A stretch of DNA of 64,000 nt. Origin: Octopus bimaculoides. Lineage: Eukaryota. Position 1 is the first letter of the stretch, and each line of letters starts with the position of its first letter. This document shows, piece after piece, positions 1 through 11,680 of the stretch. A program made the translations under genes and the position numbers. The notes beneath the pieces were generated by a model, which made no database searches, was not told the origin of the DNA, and saw nothing but the letters and a program-made list of their open reading frames with translations. The stretch spans positions 40,177,581-40,241,580 of the forward strand of contig NC_068981.1 of assembly GCF_001194135.2 (NCBI RefSeq), written 5' to 3'.

Positions 1-1248
1 TATATATAACGTACACAATATAAAAATACAAGTTATTAATAGTTTCGTGCTCTGGAGAAAGAGGTATGTAGGACTGCGTTATTTAATGTTCCCTTTCCTT
101 GAGATAGTACGATATAATTTTAGTGAGGATTGGCTGATATTTCTAGCAGGCCGAGTGATCAAGTACGGACTCCCACGCTTGTTTAAAAATCAAGTTAGCG
201 ATCTAGCACATATCGTTGTTTCCTTTTGTGCATAGAAACAAATCAAAATTATTTTAAATGCTATTTTGTATCAGTGAGTGAAGAAGTATTTAAAGTAATA
301 ATTTATTAAACTGAGATTTGATTCATCATATTTTACAATTATAATGATTCCCAAAAGACTATCCAACTGGAAGATGTTATAAATAAATCATCAATATTGT
401 GCAAACAAATATTTCTATGAATAAAGGTGTACTTTATCAATTCTCTTCTGAGTAGAAAATTGTGAATCAAATTAGAGCTAAGTTTTGTAATTATACAATA
501 CCATTGTTTAATTATAGAAACAGACGGACCAATCACAGCGTAGATTGGTCTAACTTCTCTCATAGGAACCAAGGAAGAATATGCAAAACCCATTCGTCTG
601 CAGACACAGGCTTATTTAAAGAGATTATAATCAATGCTGACGATTAATTAATGGTGGGGCAAATGTTACAGGAAATATCTTTTAGTGTTAGATGCGGACA
701 GTTCCAATAGTTTCCTACAAATGCCAAGTTTCAACGTCTATCCACTTGCTTTTTGAAATCATTTATACTTTTCTCTTTTCAAGGTAGTGTGTATAAGCGA
801 TGTGTGAGAGAAAGGAATTTGTCACCATTCTTTTTCTAGAATCCTTTCTATTTCGCCTCAGTGATACCTTGGACCGTGGATTTTTATTCATGCACTAATC
901 GTGGATGACTTCGGAATTTTGTACACATATTGCATAAGATTCCTTGACAAATGCCAACATTGTTTAAAGATAGATTATGTGCGCGTGGTTGGGGCGGGTA
1001 TAAAATAACATTATTATTCATAAAATAATAACGTGAGTGGCCGCAAGCATAAAAGTCGCATGGGCAAAATCAATAAATATATATAAAATATAGAAATATA
1101 TTTATATATAACAGGGTACTAATAAGTACCTGCTTTGCTAAAGAGAGGAGTCCAAACACTCCGAAGCCATAGAAGAATCACTAAATTAATACAGGGATGA
1201 TAGGAAAAAAATATGTGAATAAAAAAATTTCAGAAGGAATGTGAGTTG

Positions 1249-1306
1249 ATCTCATGTCATGATTTCGAATTTAGCGCTAAAAGCACTCGATTCTCTTCAG
1301 CCACAT
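1249..1306 (-). ncRNA. Decayed minimal type-I hammerhead ribozyme (family 1)
   Basis: Minus strand reads atgtgg-CTGAAGA-gaatcgagtgcttttagcgctaaattc-GAAA-tcatga-ca-tgagat. The core and stem II are intact, but U16.1 is C and stem I is mismatched. Confidence 0.5.
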
Positions 1307-1593
1307 CTACTAGTAACAATTACTAAGATTCACTATTTTCTTTAACAAAGCAGGTGCTTATTAGTACCCTATTATATATAAATATATTTCTATATTTGAT
1401 ATATATTTATTGATTTTGCCTGTACGACTTTTATGCTTGCGGCCACTAACACTATTATTTTTATGAATAATAATGTTCTTATATATATATACATTTATAA
1501 ATAATTCACATTGTTCATTTGTTTCAATGGTGATTGGGCACGCAAACGAACACAAGCATGGTAGCAGTGAATCTTAGTTATTCTTACTAATTG

Positions 1594-1651
1594 ATCTGGC
1601 TGAAGGGAATTAAATGCCTTTGGCGCTAAATTCGAAATCATGATATCAGAT
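1594..1651 (+). ncRNA. Minimal type-I hammerhead ribozyme (family 1)
   Basis: atctgg-CTGAAGG-gaattaaatgcctttggcgctaaattc-GAAA-tcatga-TA-tcagat. Stem I is ATCTGG/TCAGAT, stem II is a hairpin, helix III is the palindrome ATCATGAT, and the cleavage triplet is AUA. A9 is changed to G. Confidence 0.6.
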
Positions 1652-1745
1652 TAACTATCATTCCTTCTGCAACTTTTGCGGAGGTAAGATACAATTCTTA
1701 TTCGCTTAATTTTTTCCTATCATGACTTAATGATTTTTTTGTGGC

Positions 1746-1747
<2 letters not shown>

Positions 1748-1786
<39 letters not shown>

Positions 1787-1920
1787 CTGTGTGTGTGTAT
1801 GTATGTATGTATGTATGTATGTGTATATATGTATGTATGTGTATATATGTATATATANNNNNNNNNNNNNNNNNNNNNNNNNNNNNNNNNNNNNNNNNNN
1901 NNNNNNNNNNNNNNNNNNNN

Positions 1921-1999
<79 letters not shown>
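1748..1999. repeat. (TG)n/(TATG)n/(TA)n microsatellite with N gap
   Basis: Seen directly; it explains the ORFs at 1730-2074. Confidence 0.95.
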
Positions 2000-2004
<5 letters not shown>

Positions 2005-2200
2005 TCTTTTATCGTTTACTTGTTTCAGCTATTGGACACCGGCCATACTGAAGCACCATCTTAAATCCAGGTGAACGCAGTACTTCTTTTTTAAAGCCAG
2101 GTACTTAATCTATCGGATCTATTGCTTATTCAACCGTAGACCTGTGTCCAAGTGGCGTTCTACTGACCCCACTGGTAACTCTTTTGAACTAGAGCCATCT
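2000..2200 (-). mobile_element. 3' part of CORE-type SINE (family C)
   Basis: ttacttgtttcagc...ggccatactgaagcacc matches the tail of the copies at 50284-50700 and 51125-51640. Confidence 0.6.
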
Positions 2201-2960
2201 AAATGCTTTTTCAGCAGCCTCTACACCACTTCATACCACTTCTGCTCATTCTTCTAATGCCCAAGGTTCCATAATCTTTAGTGAGGAAATGAAATGCGAC
2301 TCCTCGACCACCGACCTACCTCTGCTAACAAAACACTTAGTCCTCTACCGATTGAGGCGGGTGTCTTCCCTACGATTTTGCTCGCTTCTTAATTTCGCCT
2401 CATCCATTCTCTCGTCATAGTGCGCAGTTAACTCCAGTCCTTATAACTGCTTCTACAAAATAACTTATAACATTTAGTATGCCATCGGAGATTTTTCTTG
2501 AGTCTTTCTTTTGACATCTTTCTCTCATTAAAACGACGATCTTCCTAGCTAAAACGAGGGATTTTCTGCTGTCATTGATTCTCTTAAAGACAGTCTCATC
2601 GATAGTCTTGAGGACACGCTCATATCTTCAGTGATAGCATCCCTCGCCTACTGCCTTGGGCCAGCTGTGCAAAAGAATGTGTTTGAGAGTTCCTGTTTTA
2701 CAACAAAGGGAGCATGCAGCTGTTTTCAATGTGTCCCAGTCTGCGGAGGACATCGTAATTTACCAGAATCAAAAAGGTGATCATTTATTGGTTCCATGTC
2801 TACGTGACATTCCGTTCATTCATCTGTGTCCATTTCATCCAAACAATGTTTCTGCATTGCTACTACTCGGTTTTCCCCCTCTACTTCTACTGATGCTCGT
2901 GCCTACATTTGCACCGTCAGGCCATGCCACAGTGGGTTATTGGTGCTCTTCTGACACCGG
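2190..2960 (-). pseudogene. Hero-like (R2-group, RLE) non-LTR retrotransposon C-terminal remnant
   Basis: Frameshifted minus-strand translation gives FLILVNYDVL, CSLCCKTGTLKHIL..KA.GEG.Y..RYERVLK (CCHC knuckle), LELT..DERMDEA..KRAK and EAAEKAFRWL, resembling the Hero-type RLE domain as I recall it. Confidence 0.7.
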
Positions 2961-3099
2961 CTCTGTTTTATGCTAAACTGTCAAGAAAAACTTAAGTGTC
3001 AACCACTCCACAGTCTACTTGACAAGGGACTGTTAATGCTAAAACCTACAAGCAGATTCTCAGACAGCATGTCATTCCACATCTTATCAGTTCAACCTC

Positions 3100-3521
3100 A
3101 TATCTTAGAGCAGGACAACGCCTCCTGTCACACTGCGAAGAGAGTCAAAGATTTTTTGATTGATGAAAGGGTTGTTCTCTTGGACTGGCCACCTCAAAGG
3201 GTTGTTCTCTTGGACTGGCCACCTCAAAGTCCCGATCTCAACCCTATAGAAGATTTTGGAAGATTTTGGAAGATTATTGGAGATGGGCGCGAAAGAGAAA
3301 TTTAAAGAACCAAGACGAACTCTAGAAATTATTGAAAAACGAATGGAACAATATTACTCCGTCATTTTGCAAGAAATTAATTCATTCTTGTGGTAACTTA
3401 TATCAGGATGTCATTGACAGTAAAGGGGTGTTCACAAAATATTAATAGTAAGGATTTCGATTTTTGTTTTTCCATTTTTCATTTTTCTTCTAAGTGACCC
3501 TTAACTTTTGACCGTTGCAGT
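3100..3521 (+). mobile_element. Tc1-like transposase C-terminal remnant with right end
   Basis: EQDNASCHTAK...WPPQSPDLNPIE (DD34E-type catalytic motifs). There is a 30-bp internal tandem duplication, and a terminal cttaacttttgaccgttgcagt resembling a Tc1 TIR. Confidence 0.85.
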
Positions 3522-4044
3522 TTGGAAAATTATTTGTTTGTTTCCGCATAACTCCCGAAATATTTATTCCATTCACTTGAAATTTTCACGGAAGATATTA
3601 AATATATCTAAATATGCGTAAAATATCTAGTCTCAACGTTTTGTTAATCTTCTATAATAAATATTTCAATACACTTGTTATAATAATTAGAGCCGAACAT
3701 TAAATTAGCTGGCGATACTAAATTGAGGGATCACGTAATACTTTTCAGTACAGTACCATATTATTTTTTACAAGGAACACATTGACCTTGATTTCGAAGT
3801 TTGTCGCTTCCCCGGACCAAGATCAATAATAATCTCAGGGATCTATTCGTTTCTCTTGAGGTCTGTAAAACTCATGAGTTAAATGCACGTTTTTACTTAT
3901 ATACATGTGAAAGCCGGAGAAATTGGGATGGAAATTTTATGACTAATGAATACTCTCCACTTCAATGTCTAAGCCTAATTTCATTTCTAATCAAACATCA
4001 CATGATGTATTTCTGAAACCATTCACGATGCTATGCATATTGTG

Positions 4045-4265
4045 TATTATTTTGTACAAAGACTAATTAGGAATCACAAAATAAATTCTATCGTGAATTT
4101 TAGCTAAACCATAAGGAGAGAACATTATTAAAAAAAAATTAATCAGTATAAGTATATTATTTTGTACACAGGCTAATTAGGAATAACAGAATAAATTCTC
4201 TCGTGAATTTTAGCAAAACCATAAGGACAGAACATTGTTAAAAAAGAAAAACTTAATCAGTATAA
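4045..4265. repeat. Two-copy tandem duplication of about 110 bp
   Basis: tattattttgtac...ctaattaggaat...gtgaattttagc...aaccataagga...ttaatcagtataag occurs twice head-to-tail. Confidence 0.85.
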
Positions 4266-4524
4266 GCTTGTCAGCATACATATGGGCTTTCATTCAATTT
4301 TAATGACCTCAGTATAGAAACTTCTAATAAATGTACACTTACTGGATTGGAACACTAATATGAAATTAAAATCAAGAAATTTTATAGTAGTAATAGCAAA
4401 CAACAGTCTCAAAAATATATATGTAAACTAGTTTTTATTAATCTTCATATTTTCTCATACAATGCAGTATGCCGAAGCAGCGCAACAGATTAAGGAATTC
4501 ACATGTATATTTCCAGGCTTTAGT

Positions 4525-4910
4525 GGAGGCGCAATGGCCCAGTAGTTAGGATAGCAGACTCGTGGTCATACGATCGCGGTTTCGATTCCCAGACCGGGCG
4601 TTGTGAGTGTTTATTGAGCGAAAATACCTAAAAACCCCACGAGGCTCCGGCAGGTGATGGTGGCGAACCCTGCTGTACTCTTTGGTCACAAATTTCTTTC
4701 TCTCTTTCTTCTTGTTTCTGTTGTATCTGTATTTCAAAAGAGCCAGCCTTGTCACACTGTGTTACGCTGAATATCCCCAAAAACTACTTTAAGGATACGC
4801 GTGTCTGTGGAGTGCTCAGCCACTTGCACGTTAATTTCATGAGCAGGCTGTTCCGTTGATCGGATCAACTGGAACCCTCGACGTCGTAAGCGACGGTGTG
4901 CCAACAACAA
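4525..4910 (+). mobile_element. tRNA-derived SINE (family A), near full length
   Basis: A box (tggcccagtagttagg), B box (ggtttcgattccc) and (caa) tail. A partial homologous body occurs at about 50990-51120. Confidence 0.85.
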
Positions 4911-4941
4911 AATTTCCAGGCTTTGTGTGTGCGTGTGTGTA

Positions 4942-4992
<51 letters not shown>

Positions 4993-6029
4993 CCCTTTGT
5001 CTCTCTGTGTGAGAGAGTGAGTTTAATAAGTACATTGGCAGGAAAGTGTTGGTTTTGGAGTAACTAATATAGTATAGCCAGCTAATACAAGTTCGAATAA
5101 ATACGTACACGTGCACCTTTTTGACTGTATGTTTGCATCACTTCGCTAATATACACGGTTGATTCAAGCATTTTCTACTTTGCAAAATATGGCAAAAAAA
5201 CAGAAAGTAGATCAATAGAACATAAAAGATCATCAATGATAAAATGTCAGTTAATGTCGATATAACACCATATATGAGTTGTATGTGATGTTGATATTAA
5301 GAAATATTAATTTAATGTCAGAGCAAAAAGCCAAAGTTTTCTTGCTTTTCAGTTTTTGTTGTTTTTTTCCTTTTTTCATCGATGAAATGACCTTGTTTCT
5401 ATCCTTCAATTATACATTCTGATAAGACTATATTTAAGAATAATAATGATTACAATAATAAGAACAACAACGACGAAGACGACAATAACACCACCAACGA
5501 CAAAAACCTCAACAACAATAACAGTAATAATTATCATTTTATGAGGAACAAAGCTAATAAAATTTTATATCTCAAATAGATATGAAATATATGAAACTTT
5601 TAATAGGAATTACAAATAAGAAAAAGAAGTAGATTGTAAAAGACATGTTTGCAAATACGAAAGGAAGAGGTGAAATGCGCTATACAATATATATGGAAGT
5701 GCGTGTTAAAATTTTAAAGGTATACACACATACATCCAAACACACACACATACACAGATGCATATACATTTACATATATAAATACACTTGCATAATACGC
5801 TTACATTCTTACACACATATGTTTACATGCACATATTTATATGGAAATAAATATAGAAGTTCAACTAAACAAATAATAATTAAAACAATATTTAAAAGAA
5901 ATATATAAGTTGAAAGATAACTTGTTAGGTTGGGATAGTACATGCCATGAACGTTCAATATTTAAGAGATGAGGAATTATGTACGTTATTTACATTTGAT
6001 GGATATTTGTCCTCATCTTGTTTGTTGTT

Positions 6030-6075
6030 AACACAACGTTTCGGCTGATATACCCTCCAACCTTCATCGGGTGTC
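6030..6075 (-). ncRNA. Minimal type-I hammerhead ribozyme (family 2), U4C variant
   Basis: Minus strand reads gacac-CCGATGA-a-ggttgg-agggtata-tcagcc-GAAA-CGTT-gtgtt. Stems I and II pair, and helix III is the palindrome ACGT. Confidence 0.7.
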
Positions 6076-6146
6076 TTGGGGAAATTTCGAACCTGGTTTC
6101 TCATTCCTAAGTTATTTTTCGATCTTATTATAATTATTATTATTAA

Positions 6147-6221
6147 CAGGTCACTATCTAGAATCGAACTCGGAATCTTGGGGTTAGTAGCCCGCGCTGT
6201 TAACCACTACGCCATATGCCC
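6147..6221 (-). promoter_or_regulatory. tRNA-like Pol III A/B-box module inside the PLE pLTR
   Basis: gggcatatggcgtagtggttaacagcgcgggctactaaccccaagattccgagttcgattc contains an A box (TGGCGTAGTGG), a CTACTAA anticodon-like loop and a B box (GAGTTCGATTC). The partner copy at 7305-7353 lacks the B box. Confidence 0.7.
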
Positions 6222-6339
6222 GTGGGAAATTATGGAGTGAATTCTAGGGCTTATAAGTCTAATATTTTCCTATCCTTCCTTAATACCGATTCCAATATGC
6301 TATTCATGTCTGCACTCGGTCTCAATAATTAGGAATACT

Positions 6340-7275
6340 TTGAGAATTTGGTTTTAGGATCAACACCACTGAAACCAACCCTATGGCTGCGATAAGTTTA
6401 TGACACCGTTATTCTCTGGCCCCACCAGGAATATGTCCAAGTGCTGTTAGATCATGTGAACTCAATAAAGCCTTCCATATAGTTCACATTGGAAAAGGAA
6501 AAGGACAATCAGCTAGCATTCCTGGACGTATTAATAACATGCTCCAAGTATGGATTCAGGACATCCATATAAGGCAAGCCAGCCTTCACTGGACGATACC
6601 TTAACTTCCCACCATCCATACAGTGTAGAGAGAGGAATTGCTCAGTGCCTAAAACATCGAGCAAAGAATATAAGTAGCGATCGTGATACACACCACAAAG
6701 AAATGATCAAGCTCAGTAACAATCTATTAAGCAACAACTACCCAAAAAACATACTATCCACTCCAATTATGAAGAAAAGAGAAGATGAAACCAATAAACT
6801 GTCCCATGTGAAAGGCCTCTCCGAAAAGATACAAAAGATATGCTGCCCATATGACATCAGGACAGTAATTAAGAGTAATACAACACTTCGCAAATATCTC
6901 CTTCGGGTAAAACCACCAACAGAAGAAAATATGACCAAAAACTGCGTGTACTCCATCCCATGCAGCTGTGGTAGGTTATACAAAGGCGAAACATGTCGCC
7001 TCCTCAAAATAAGTGTAGAGAAACATCGCCAAGCTGTGACACGAGGAGATATTGATAAATCTGGTGTAGCTGATCATGTATGGTAAAATGGAGACTACCT
7101 CTCCCCTTGGGATGAAGTTAAAATAATAGACAAAGAAAACCACTGGAAAATACGAAAACTAAAAGAAACAGCACATATGCTAGGACACAACAACCTCCTA
7201 AGCAGACCGAGTGCAGATATCAGTAGCATATGGGAACCGGTATTAAGGAAGGATAGGAAAATATTAGATTTATAA
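6340..7275 (+). pseudogene. PLE reverse transcriptase (degenerate YVDD) plus GIY-YIG endonuclease, disrupted
   Basis: WLR*V.DT..LWPHQE, FTLEKEKDNQLAFLDVLI, CVYSIPCSCGRLYKGETCRLLK.S..KH, RKLKE motifs, with stops and frameshifts. Confidence 0.85.
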
Positions 7276-7349
7276 ACCCTAAAATTCACTCCATAATTGC
7301 CCACGGGCATATGGCGTAGTAGTTAAGAGCGCGGGCTACTAGAGAGTAA

Positions 7350-7353
<4 letters not shown>

Positions 7354-7403
<50 letters not shown>

Positions 7404-7436
7404 TAATAATAATAATTATAATAATAATAATAATTT
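7354..7436. repeat. (AAT)n microsatellite
   Basis: Seen directly. Confidence 0.95.
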
Positions 7437-8230
7437 ATATTCCACATTGACATGTTGTGCTTCAGGAAGTTTGAAATCAGAGGAGAAAGTTTGAAGATAT
7501 CCAGCGATTTCAAGTTCCATGAATGCGGTATGCTGTCGAAGGCCTTTTTATAATCAATCCATGCAGAACTGAGGTTTCTGCGTTTGTTATGACAATTCTC
7601 AAGGATCATGCGATTGATTAAGAGTTGGTCTTTGCATCCATATGAGTCTCGTCGGCACCCTTTTTGTTCAGTGGGGAAAATATTGTTCAGTTCCATAAAT
7701 TTGTGTTTTCTCCAAGAGTATGGATGTTAAAATTTTATACATGATAGATAGACATGTTATGAGCCAATAGTTTGGGGGAAATTTGGTTTCATTATTCTTC
7801 GAGAGTAGGTAAGTAATACCTCTTGCTAACCAATCAGGTGTTTTCGTAGGACCTCTCATAATTTCATTGAATAACTTTTCGTGTGCGCACGGGAGCGAGG
7901 CGAGCCAAAACTTTGGCACCTTATCATTACGAGGAGATTTCCATTTATGAGCCTACGTGAGTGTCATCCTTAGGTCTGCTAATGTGATGTCTTCTCATGC
8001 TTGTTCTGATAAGTTTTGGTAAGGCATTTTCATTGTAAACCTTTTCATTACTCCAGATATTTTTCCAGTTCTCAACTTCTTCCATGGCAGCGGGGTCTTC
8101 AGTGTTATTTTCCTTCCCTATTTCTCTGTAGAATGCTTTCGCGTTGGATGTGAACAGCTTATTTTGCATTAAAATTTGTTTCTTTTCTCAAATCTTCGTA
8201 TTCTTTGAGATTTTGCTTGGATTTATTATT
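7437..8230 (-). pseudogene. Dong/R4-clade LINE RT fragment
   Basis: QNKLF...AFYREIG; PDWLARGITYLLSK; IFPTEQKGCRRDSYGCKDQLLINRMILE...WIDYKKAFDSIPHSW. The 5' side abuts (TAA)n in sense orientation. Confidence 0.9.
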
Positions 8231-8349
8231 ATCATCATTATTATTATTATTATTGCTCGTATTTTTTCTGTTTAACTCAGCAATATGGAGCAGCGCCCAC
8301 GAAGTTTGTACAGTTTTTTAAATTGGTGAGATTGATGCAGTTGATGTGA

Positions 8350-8392
<43 letters not shown>

Positions 8393-8402
8393 NNNNNNNN
8401 NN

Positions 8403-8590
8403 CTACTGATTCCAAACTACAAATTTTTTTCTCTAACGGATGGCGTACCTTCATACTCTTAACCGTGAAACGTCGTACACGATTAACTAAAGGCAGGTTT
8501 GTTTTTGCTTTTCTCTTCTGTTTTTGTTCTGTGTGTGCCATAAATATCGCCATCCGTTAAAGAAAAAAATGTGTAGTTTGGAATCAGTAG
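8403..8590. mobile_element. MITE-like element with about 43-bp terminal inverted repeats
   Basis: ctactgattccaaactacaaattttttt...aacggatggcg pairs with cgccatccgttaaagaaaaaaatgtgtagtttggaatcagtag. Confidence 0.75.
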
Positions 8591-9102
8591 TTCTTTGACT
8601 GCTATTTCTAAATTTTCAGTATGTTGGAGAAGCAACTCATGCTAATCCCTGTATATTTATGATTATAAATGGTTTTTACCGATAAAGGTTTTTTCATACT
8701 GAACTACTTGGCAAAATTGTTAATTATTAATTTTATTACTAATTGACGATTCCCTGCCCTATATCTGTAACAGTAACGTTTATGTTGGTAGGAAGGACGT
8801 TCCATTTCGTTAATATTTCATGGAGTATGGACTTGCAATGGGTTGTGTGACCCGGAAGAGGATAAGTGATGAGAGAAACAGAGATGAATATGTTGAGTGC
8901 TTTTCATGGTATCATAACTTCTGATATATGAGGATAATGTTTAATATCAGCACAATGTCGCAGTGTTTCAAGGAAGAACTCAAGCGATTTCCAGTGTTTT
9001 TTTTTATTGATTTTTAATATAAAAACAATGCGTCAAATTTAGTAGTGCCTATGGCCGATTATATCTTCCCCACTACTAAAGAATCTTGTCGAAAATGCAT
9101 AT

Positions 9103-9139
<37 letters not shown>

Positions 9140-11641
9140 CAACTAAATGACTAAATGATATAGAAAATTGATCATTTTACCAATGGTCCAATATTTCTTA
9201 TCAACATAAACAAATAAGTGACAACGCTACACAGTAGGGTATCAGTAGAAAAACGAGAACTACATTAATTTATATTCTATTCTATTCTTTTATATTACAT
9301 CTTATTATGTTATGTTACATTATTTATTATATATATTATATATATCATAAACTGTCTAAGCAACTAAAAAATGAAGGGAAACTATCTCGTGTTTTCAAAT
9401 GTTAAACTGTCACTCTACGAAATATTTCACCATTTTCCCGAAGGATGAAAGGTGTTGGTGATCTCCATGGCATTAGAACTTGGGACGTAAACAGATGTTT
9501 TTGAGCTCCAGATCACCATTAATCAAACTATTTATAATCGAAAGTGTGTCTGTCTTGATCATCCTGCATTTTTAATCCAGTTACTACAGTGTACATTGTA
9601 ACTCATTGAATGAGATTTGGTTGCCATTTCTAGTCGGTCGAGCAGCACTGTACAAGTTTCCCAGAGATATACCTACATATTTCAAGGTAGGTATTTAATC
9701 CACCATTCTCCAGTCTGCAGTATTCCATACATATGCTTCATTTAACGTAAAGTGTTTTTATTTCTGTTTCCAAATTTACAACAACTCAAACTTAAACAAC
9801 GTCTGTGCTGTTATTTCCCTTCAGAGTGAACTTCTTTGCCTCTTCCAAACCCAGATGTGAAAATATTGAAGCAGACAAAGTTTAACTCTTGAGAGGAGAG
9901 AAAAATAAATGTCACCAACTCCTTTTCGCCGAATACCTTAAACAGTGTTCAGATAATATTCACCACACCAAAAGACAAAAAGAGATTTGATTACATTTCC
10001 ACAGACCCTAAGAATTGAGTTTCGAAAATCGACACAAAATTATTAACCAAACTGGAAATATGGATATCCATAGTCTGGCTATCTCCCATATCTTACATAG
10101 CGAATGCTACTGGTTCTCTCAGAATAAATGAAAATATAGGATTAATTGGTGCTGTGATAAAGCTAAATGACAAAGGAATATTTTGGCAGGTTTCAGAATG
10201 TACAGAAGCCAGAATTGTCAGCATTCAATCAAACCATGTCCCATAACGCTTGTACTGTGAAAGCGTTGGGAAGTAGTCTGAAACTTGGACAACAAGGCTA
10301 AGAAGATATTACTCTTCAAAGAGAACATCACATGCATAGTCAGCATTGTGAGACAGCGAAGAATTAAATATGTTGTGCTGACCTACGTATATAGGAACTT
10401 GCAGAATAAACACGCATCATATTAACAGGAAGTTATATACATAGGTATATATACCACAAAAAAGGGGATGACGCAACAAGGACAGGAATTTTGACCTCTT
10501 CTGGATTTGTGACAGGCACCGTCGCACCTCATCTAAAAAAATGTATCTTTGCAATTCAAAAATAAGAAATAGATACAAAATGCTTAGTCAAAAACAGATA
10601 AGAATGCCCCCACGTTGTTCTGCACATTCCAGTGACGGGGATTCGCTTCTTAATTAGAAACCAACTCCTGCCTTTTAAAACGAATTCAAGCATTTTTTAA
10701 AAAGAACAAACATAACATACGCAAAAATGTAATAGGTTTCATATTAATTCCAATGTGTGAAATATTACAATCATAAACTAGATTACCCACCAAATCGTGG
10801 AATGTTACCAAGAAATATTTCGATTTCCTTTAATTTTTTTTTTTAAATAATTTACTCATTGTATATATTAATCCATAAACGATTCCACTATGTACTTATG
10901 TCATATATGAACTTAATTTGATGTTTCTTTCCTGTAGGCTGATAAAATCGAAAACTCTGCGCACGTACAAACAAGCCATTAATTTTAATCGATTTCGAAT
11001 TAAGATATTGTATTCATTTTGAATAGATTCTTCTCTAACGCTTTGTCCAATAAAGTATTTTCGATGTTATAGTTGTTGTTATTGTTGTTGTAGGAAATAT
11101 AATTGGTGGTGGCAGAGTTAGGGAGGGAGCAATGTTGTTAGTAGTAGACATGGAAGTATCGGCGTGGTTGTTGGTAGCGGTGTTTTGCTGTTTTATTTAC
11201 AAAAACAAACCAGTAAAGGTTAAAAGGAGATATGAAAAAAATATACTTACAACTTAAAATGTAAGAGGATTATTTGGTTTTTACATTGCACACGAGGAAA
11301 CTACAAATCGTAATGTTTGTATTACATACTTATCTACATAGATACGCATATATACGTACATAAGCATATATACATACACACACATGCATGCATATGCACA
11401 TACATAATCATACTTATCCAACTCTTTCTCCTTGCCAAACTTCATCAAACCTTACACATTGTGCGCATGCTCATATACTCGCACACATGAATATGTGTCT
11501 GTATATATATATATGTGTATGTGTGTGTGTGCGTGTGTGTGCGTGTGTTTGTGTATATATGAGTGCATACATATATGTGTGTGTATATATATATATATAT
11601 GTATATATACTTATATATACATATATATATANNNNNNNNNN

Positions 11642-11680
<39 letters not shown>

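Larger units (their letters stand above)
1000..1723. mobile_element. Interleaved inverted repeats A-B'-A'-B; probable Penelope-like pLTR remnants (hammerhead family 1)
   Basis: About 1000-1144 is the reverse complement of about 1339-1482, and about 1197-1334 is the reverse complement of about 1567-1723. The B segments contain hammerhead motifs. Confidence 0.55.
5954..7353 (+). mobile_element. Penelope-like element, 5'-truncated, with inverted pLTR at its 5' end
   Basis: RT C-terminus plus GIY-YIG endonuclease on the + strand. About 6147-6322 is the reverse complement of about 7204-7353, the inverted-pLTR architecture typical of PLEs. Confidence 0.9.

Noticed and set aside
4525-4600. tRNA genes at SINE heads (also 6147, 27351, 47830, 50630)
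   Set aside because: A/B boxes are present, but the acceptor and anticodon stems are broken and each continues into a retroelement body.
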